The notes beneath the pieces are model-generated. The model ran no database searches. It saw only the letters and a program-made list of their open reading frames with translations, and was not told where the DNA came from. A stretch of 60,489 nucleotides of DNA, taken from Candidatus Limnocylindrales bacterium. GTDB taxonomy: Bacteria > Chloroflexota > Limnocylindria > Limnocylindrales > CSP1-4. The stretch lies in assembly GCA_038220425.1 (NCBI GenBank), contig JBBRIV010000001.1, forward strand, positions 1 to 60,489, read 5' to 3'. Numbering within the stretch: position 1 is the stretch's first letter; the number at the start of each line of letters is the position of its first letter. Position numbers and translations under genes: made by a program. Below, piece after piece: positions 55,483-60,489 of this stretch.

Positions 55483-55651
55483 CTTGACACATACCGCCAC
55501 CAGCCGCCGTATGGTCGGTCGACGGCTCGGTCTCCTGCTTCGGAGCCGTCCGGTGGAGACGCCCGTGCACGAATCGACCCACTCGGCGCCCGGTCCACGC
55601 GGGATTCGGGGTTCGAACGACCATAACGCGGCTGGTGGCGGTATCTAGCAA
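55483..55651 (+). repeat. inverted-repeat-bounded element, copy B (intact, 169 bp)
   Basis: Arm 55491-55514 (ataccgccaccagccgccgtatgg) is 22/24 complementary to 55621-55644 (ccataacgcggctggtggcggtat). Internal hairpin 55528-55548. No ORF with coding character. Confidence 0.8.
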
Positions 55652-55824
55652 TTTGGCCGCGTCGGGCGCCGCCGGCACCGCGCTCCGGCACCGCGCCCCG
55701 GCCCCGGCCCCGGAGCCGCCCCCCGTGCGGGCCCCGCGCCGGGCTCGCGGTACCACTCCGCGGCGGGCTGCCCCGTACGATCGGCCCGGTCGCCGGCTGG
55801 ACGTGGCAGGGTAGGATCGGTCCG

Positions 55825-56463
55825 ATGCGCAATTCTCGACTCAGCGCGCTCGTGCTTGGTGCTGCCCTGCTGGCTGCCGCCTGCGGCTCGACGCCGGCCA
55901 GCGCCACCCCCTCGATTACGCCGGCGCCGCCAACCGCCACGCCCAATCCGCACCTGAGCGAGCCCGCCTCGGTCGATGCCGTCTACAACGCCTTGATCAA
56001 GGCCGGCCTCCAGATCTCGCCGAACTCGGCCGACACCGGCACGGGCGGGGGCATGGTCAAGCGCCTGCACCTGACCTACCAGGCCTGGCCGCTGGTCCTG
56101 ACCGAGTTCACGAGTGGCAAGGCCCTGCTGGCCACGACCGGCTTCAATCCCAAGGCCAGGCCGGTCCTGGGCGATCCGCCCTACGCGATCGTCGGCCTGA
56201 ACATCCTGATGGAATACGGCTCGAGCACCCAGAACGGCCCGCCGGCGGCGCCTGCGCCACAGTTCGTCACGGCGATCGCGCAGATCGTCGCGGTCTTGGA
56301 CCCCCTCATCGGCCCGCTCCAGCAGCGATCGGTGACCCCGACCTCGCTGCCAACGCCCACACCCGCACCCACCCTGGCCCCGACTCCGACGCCCGCACCG
56401 TCCGGCGGCAAGCCCACCGCCAAGCCAACTACCAAGCCCAAGCCGAGCCCGTCCAAGAAGTAG
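55825..56463 (+). CDS. lipoprotein, function unknown, Pro/Thr/Lys-rich C-terminal tail
   Basis: Signal peptide and lipobox LAAACGS. Tail PTPTPAPTLAPTPTPAPSGGKPTAKPTTKPKPSPSKK. Confidence 0.7.
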   Translation: MRNSRLSALVLGAALLAAACGSTPASATPSITPAPPTATPNPHLSEPASVDAVYNALIKAGLQISPNSADTGTGGGMVKRLHLTYQAWPLVLTEFTSGKALLATTGFNPKARPVLGDPPYAIVGLNILMEYGSSTQNGPPAAPAPQFVTAIAQIVAVLDPLIGPLQQRSVTPTSLPTPTPAPTLAPTPTPAPSGGKPTAKPTTKPKPSPSKK

Positions 56464-56550
56464 CGGGCGCGCGGCGCAGGTCCCGGTTCGCTATGGTTGC
56501 GGTCAGACGATCGGCCCTGCCCGACCCCGACCGCACGGCGAGGAGCGCCC

Positions 56551-57606
56551 ATGACCGAACCGCGCCGGACGCGCCGGATGGCGGATGGAACCAGGTCTGG
56601 TGCGCCCGGTCGAGTGGATGCAGGCCCGGGACTGCTCGAGCCTGTTGATCCAACCCGGTTCCCGGACCTCGCTGCGCGCCGCCGCGTGGACGGTGGAGCC
56701 CCGAGTGCGCGCTGGCGCTCACTTCTGGACGAAGGCGGTCCGATCCTGGCCGACGGGGCCATGGGCACCATGCTGTTCCTGTCGGGCCTCCAGTTTGGCG
56801 ACCCGCCCGAAGTCTGGAACCTGACCCAGCCCGACGTGGTCCGGCGGATCCATCGAGGCTACCTGGAGGCCGGTTCGCGGATCCTGCTGACCAACACGTT
56901 CGGTGGCAACCGCCTGCGGCTGGGCCTGCATCGGCTCGAGTCGCGCGTCGCCGAGCTCAACCAGACCGCCGCGATCCTGCTCCGTTCCGAGGTTGAGGCG
57001 GCCGGCGGTCGGGCGCTCGTGGCCGGCGACATCGGGCCGAGCGGCGCGATCATGGCCCCGATGGGCACCCTGGACTACCCCGAGGCGGTCGACGTCTTCG
57101 CAGAACAGGCTGCGGCCCTCGTTGCCGGTGGCGTGGACCTCATCTGGATCGAGACGATGTCCGACCTGACCGAGATCAAGGCCGCGATGGAAGGCGTCCG
57201 GCAGGTCGCGCCGGGGATCCCCGTGATCGCCACGATGACCTTCGATACCCGGGGCCGGACGATGATGGGGGTCACCCCCGAACAGGCCGTCGAGGGCCTG
57301 GTCGCCTGGGGCGCCGATGCGATCGGCGGCAACTGCGGCAACGGCCCCGACGAGATCGTGCCGGTGGTCAGCCGGATGGGTGCCGTCGCCCCCGGCGTGA
57401 TCCTGGTGGCCAAGTCGAACGCCGGGATGCCCGAGCTGATCGACATGCGGGCCGTCTACCGTGCCTCGCCCGAGACGATGGCCACCGCGGCCGTCGACCT
57501 GCAGGCTGCCGGCGCCCGGATCGTGGGCGCCTGCTGCGGCAGCACGCCCGACCATCTCCGCGCGATGAACGAGGCCCTCCTGGTGGGCCACGGAGCCAGG
57601 CGATGA
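56551..57606 (+). CDS. homocysteine S-methyltransferase family protein
   Basis: AGGAG RBS 5 nt before ATG 56551 (within ORF 56497..57606). ILADGAMGTMLF, LLTNTFGGNR, GGNCGNGP, GACCGSTPDHLRAM (zinc cysteines). Confidence 0.88.
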   Translation: MTEPRRTRRMADGTRSGAPGRVDAGPGLLEPVDPTRFPDLAARRRVDGGAPSARWRSLLDEGGPILADGAMGTMLFLSGLQFGDPPEVWNLTQPDVVRRIHRGYLEAGSRILLTNTFGGNRLRLGLHRLESRVAELNQTAAILLRSEVEAAGGRALVAGDIGPSGAIMAPMGTLDYPEAVDVFAEQAAALVAGGVDLIWIETMSDLTEIKAAMEGVRQVAPGIPVIATMTFDTRGRTMMGVTPEQAVEGLVAWGADAIGGNCGNGPDEIVPVVSRMGAVAPGVILVAKSNAGMPELIDMRAVYRASPETMATAAVDLQAAGARIVGACCGSTPDHLRAMNEALLVGHGARR

Positions 57607-58094
57607 CCGCAGGCAAGCCGCGGGTCAGGACCAGCCGCGGGGCCGAGGAGGTCACCGCGCTGGACAAGCGGATCATCGAGCACCTCCAGGAGGATGGCCG
57701 CCGGCCCTTCACCCAGATCGCCCTGGACCTGGGTGTCTCCGAGGCGGCCGTTCGGGCCCGGACGAATCGCCTGGTCGAGCGGGGGATTCTCCAGATCGTG
57801 GGGGTCACAGATCCCCTGAAGCTGGGCTTCCAGCAGATGGCCATGGTCGGGATCCGCTGCGAGCGCGACCGGCTGGTCCAGGTGGCCGAAGCCGTCGGGG
57901 CGTTCCCGGAAGTCGACTATGTGGTGATCACCGCCGGCACCTACGACGTCCTGATCGAAGTCGTGTGCGAGGACAACTCGGCCCTGCTCGACTTCCTGGC
58001 TGAGAAGCTCCGGGCAATCGACGGCGTGCGCGACACCGAGACGTTCGTGTACCTGCGCATGGTCAAGCAGACCTACCAGTGGGGGACCCGCTGA
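57603..58094 (+). CDS. Lrp/AsnC-family transcriptional regulator
   Basis: LDKRIIEHLQEDGRRPFTQIALDLGVSEAAVRARTNRLVERGIL plus a RAM domain. ATGA overlap with the upstream gene. Confidence 0.9.
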   Translation: MTAGKPRVRTSRGAEEVTALDKRIIEHLQEDGRRPFTQIALDLGVSEAAVRARTNRLVERGILQIVGVTDPLKLGFQQMAMVGIRCERDRLVQVAEAVGAFPEVDYVVITAGTYDVLIEVVCEDNSALLDFLAEKLRAIDGVRDTETFVYLRMVKQTYQWGTR

Positions 58095-58267
58095 CCAGCG
58101 TGTCTGTCGAGGTCGTCATCCTGGTCCTGTCCGGCCTGGTTGCGGTCAACCTGGTCCTGGTCAGTGCCCTCGTCACCACCGTCCGCCAGGACCGGTCGCG
58201 CAAGGCGCGGGCCGCCGGGCGTACCGGCAGCGAGCCGTCAACGGGTTCCCGCCCGCGCTCGGTGTAG
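58079..58267 (+). CDS. small single-TM hypothetical protein
   Basis: 62 aa. GTG start overlaps the Lrp 3' end by 16 nt. TM helix VEVVILVLSGLVAVNLVLVSALV followed by an Arg/Lys-rich tail. High GC3. Confidence 0.4.
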   Translation: MGDPLTSVSVEVVILVLSGLVAVNLVLVSALVTTVRQDRSRKARAAGRTGSEPSTGSRPRSV

Positions 58268-58276
58268 CATCCGGTC

Positions 58277-59536
58277 ATGGGCCAGCGCGCGACGAATCCC
58301 CCCGATCGCCACAGGCGCGGCTTCGCCACCCGGGCGATCAAGGCCGCGACCACGCCGCCGGTCGTGGACCAGCGGGCGAACTCGGTTCCGCTGTACCTGG
58401 CGGCCTCGTTTTCGGCGGACGATGCCCAGGAGCTGGGTTCCATCCTGAGCGGCACCAGCCCGGGATATGCCTATGCCCGGATCGAGAACCCAACCGGCAC
58501 GGCGCTGGCCGATGCGCTGGCAGAGGTGGAGGGTGCCGAGGCCGCCCGGGTCTTCGCCAGCGGGATGGCCGCCGTCCACGCGGCCCTCGCCGCGGTTCTC
58601 CGAGCCGGCGATCGGGTCCTGGCCACGACCGCCATCTACGGTTCTTCCCGTTCGCTGCTGATCAACCAGTTCGGTCGGCTGGGGATCAGCACGACGTTCA
58701 TCGACACGACCGACCTGGCGGCGGTGGACGCGGCCCTGGCTGCAACACCCGCCCGGGTGCTCTATGTCGAGACCATCTCCAACCCCACGATCGTGGTCGC
58801 CGATATCGCCGGCCTTGCGGCGATCGCCCACGCCCACGGCGCGCTGCTCATCGTCGACAACACGTTCGCCTCGCCCTATCTGTGCCGGCCGGTGGAGCTG
58901 GGTGCCGACCTTGTGGTCGAGTCGGCCACCAAGTTCATCGGTGGCCACTCCGATGTGCTGGCTGGTACGGTCGCCGGGTCGCGGGCCCTGATCGCCGCGG
59001 TCCGCCTGGTGGAGATCGACACGGGTGGCACGCTATCGCCCCTGTCCGCCTACCTGGTCCTGCGCGGACTGGCCACCCTGGCGGTCCGGATGGAGCGTCA
59101 TGCGGCGACGGCGCAGCTCCTGGCTGCCTGGCTGGAGACCGAACCCGCGGTCAGGCAGGTGAGCTACCCGGGTCTGCCCAGTCACCCCCAGCACGAGCTC
59201 GCCGCGCGCCAGTTCCCGGTTGGTGGCGGGATGCTTGCCTTCGAGGTCGTCGGTGGCCGGGCCGCTGGGGCGGCCTTCATCGACGCCCTGACGATCCCCG
59301 AGCTGACGGCGACCCTGGGCAGCATCCACACCGTCGTGGCCCATCCGCCAACGACCACCCACCGCCAGTTCACTGACGCCGAGCTGGAAGCGGCAGGGAT
59401 CGCCGGTGGGCTCCTGCGCTGCTCGGTTGGCCTCGAGGACCTGGACGACCTGCGCCTGGACTTTGCCGCCGGCCTGGCGGCCGCGAGCGCCGCCGCCGTC
59501 CTGCCCGTTGGCGGCGTCCTGCCCGTCGGCGCATAG
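58277..59536 (+). CDS. Cys/Met-metabolism PLP enzyme (O-acetylhomoserine sulfhydrylase / cystathionine gamma-synthase / methionine gamma-lyase family)
   Basis: YARIENPT, DNTFASPYLCRP, ESATKFIGGHSDVLAG (PLP lysine), SIHTVVAHPPTTTH. Confidence 0.9.
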   Translation: MGQRATNPPDRHRRGFATRAIKAATTPPVVDQRANSVPLYLAASFSADDAQELGSILSGTSPGYAYARIENPTGTALADALAEVEGAEAARVFASGMAAVHAALAAVLRAGDRVLATTAIYGSSRSLLINQFGRLGISTTFIDTTDLAAVDAALAATPARVLYVETISNPTIVVADIAGLAAIAHAHGALLIVDNTFASPYLCRPVELGADLVVESATKFIGGHSDVLAGTVAGSRALIAAVRLVEIDTGGTLSPLSAYLVLRGLATLAVRMERHAATAQLLAAWLETEPAVRQVSYPGLPSHPQHELAARQFPVGGGMLAFEVVGGRAAGAAFIDALTIPELTATLGSIHTVVAHPPTTTHRQFTDAELEAAGIAGGLLRCSVGLEDLDDLRLDFAAGLAAASAAAVLPVGGVLPVGA

Positions 59537-59593
59537 GGGACCCAGATCGCCACGCTGGCGGCCGGCCGGGCCGTCTCTTCGCGCGACCAGCGC

Positions 59594-60489
59594 ATGTCGC
59601 CGCCGGCTCGTCTCGGCCTGGCCCTGTGGCGCCTCTTCACGTCGGTCAACTTCGCGGTGCTCCAGATCATGGTCCTGGTCGTCGTGGGGCTGGTGGGCAT
59701 GACCGTGACCCAGCTGCCCTCGTTCGCCTTCCGGACCCCGGCCGACTACATCGCCCAGATGGAGATCATCCACGCCAAATATGACCCGGGCATGGGGCCA
59801 GGCGCCGTGGCCGTCCTGGAACGCCTCCAGATCTTCAACATCTTCACAGCCTGGTGGTTCAGCGCCCTGCTCGTCCTACTGGTCATCTCGATCATCGTGT
59901 GCACGCTCAATCGGACGCCCAAGCTGTGGCGGACCAGCGCCGAGATCCGGGTGGTCCAGCCCGACCCGTTCTACGAGCCAAGCCTGCCCGACCGGGCGGC
60001 CATGTCGGGCGTCGACGCCGGGGCGGTCCGGACGGCTCTGCGTCGGTCGGGCCTGCACGTCCGCGAGGCCGAGGTCGACGGAGTCCGCTACCTGTATGGC
60101 GATCGCCATCGCTGGACCAAGATGGCCACCCTGATCAGCCACCTCGGCCTGATCCTGTTCCTGGTTGCCGCCGCCGTCACCAGCCGGTTTGGGTTCGAGA
60201 GCGGCATCCTGCTGACCACGGGCGAAAGCCAGCCGGTCCAGGCGATCGGCTCGAAGGGCCTGCTCGTGGTCAAGAGCTACGGCTTTGCCGACCCTACCGC
60301 CGCCGACGGGACGGTCCTCGACTACACCACCGACCTGGCCGTCTACCGGGACGGTGAGCTGCTCGCCCGGAAAGTCATCCGGGTCAACGATCCGCTGGAG
60401 GTTGCCGGCTTCTCGTTCCACCAGAATGGCTTTCGACCGGCACCCAACATCGTCATCCGGGATGCCCACGGCCAGGCCCTGTGGAATGG
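59594..60489 (+). CDS. resB: cytochrome c biogenesis protein ResB/Ccs1 (partial, runs off the window)
   Basis: Not in the ORF track because there is no stop in the window. Hand translation from ATG 59594: MSPPARLGLALWRLFTSVNFAVLQIMVLVVVGLVGM...FTAWWFSALLVLLVISIIVCTLNRTPKLWR...WTKMATLISHLGLILFLV. Confidence 0.85.
   Translation, partial: MSPPARLGLALWRLFTSVNFAVLQIMVLVVVGLVGMTVTQLPSFAFRTPADYIAQMEIIHAKYDPGMGPGAVAVLERLQIFNIFTAWWFSALLVLLVISIIVCTLNRTPKLWRTSAEIRVVQPDPFYEPSLPDRAAMSGVDAGAVRTALRRSGLHVREAEVDGVRYLYGDRHRWTKMATLISHLGLILFLVAAAVTSRFGFESGILLTTGESQPVQAIGSKGLLVVKSYGFADPTAADGTVLDYTTDLAVYRDGELLARKVIRVNDPLEVAGFSFHQNGFRPAPNIVIRDAHGQALWN

Noticed and set aside
55530-55560. A pseudoknot in element B between gtctcc (55530-55535) and ggagac (55555-55560).
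   Set aside because: The complementary segment is not conserved in copy A (gaatcc versus ggagac), so the pairing is not supported by comparison.
55601-55622. The T-loop-like string cggggttcgaacgacc in element B, as evidence for a tRNA-like, tmRNA or Y-RNA module.
   Set aside because: The flanking bases do not form a proper 5-bp T stem. There is no acceptor-like helix with CCA. The segment is absent from copy A. No Rsr, RtcB or SmpB context is present.
59498-59533. An 18-bp tandem duplication (gtcctgcccgttggcggc / gtcctgcccgtcggcgca) giving VLPVGGVLPVGA at the C-terminus of the PLP enzyme.
   Set aside because: The duplication is real, but it lies beyond the conserved fold at the extreme C-terminus. 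It is most simply a neutral slippage duplication.

Overview
Very GC-rich (about 70% by eye), gene-dense bacterial chromosomal window. Gene content looks like a monoderm Actinomycetota- or Chloroflexota-type organism, but the phylum cannot be decided from this window. I support about 60 protein genes and two tRNAs with encoded CCA: tRNA-Ile with the unusual anticodon TAT, and tRNA-Pro(TGG). Most long alternative-frame ORFs in the track are high-GC artefacts. From left to right the window holds these blocks. (1) A TOBE regulator, a NERD-like membrane protein, a large LuxR/LAL regulator with a degenerate P-loop, and a GAF histidine kinase with an OmpR-type response regulator. (2) A cupredoxin lipoprotein, an AlaX editing protein, an acyltransferase-3 protein and mreB-mreC. 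(3) A roughly 25-kb cell-envelope glycopolymer locus at about 12.6-37.8 kb. It contains rmlABDC, ppm1, a complete wbpD/E/B/A/I-like route to UDP-ManNAc(3NAc)A, six or seven GT-B glycosyltransferases, the Wzm/Wzt ABC exporter and a methyltransferase; an LCP ligase lies at 42.9 kb. (4) Housekeeping genes: PPIase, mazG, rph, rdgB, an amino-acid ABC transporter, TauE/DUF1634, a nitrilase-panE operon, MarR, methionine/homocysteine genes and resB. The most unusual part is a small accessory patch at 53.7-55.7 kb. The 3' end of tRNA-Pro is duplicated exactly (23 bp) 246 bp downstream. The duplication encloses one copy of a 145-170 bp element bounded by inverted repeats. A second, more intact copy of that element lies 1.65 kb away, next to a 5'-truncated LysE-family gene. 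Between the two copies sits a second paralogue of a secreted protein family with a clan-CD-like His/Cys motif. No CRISPR array, rRNA, transposase, integrase or recognisable defence system was found.
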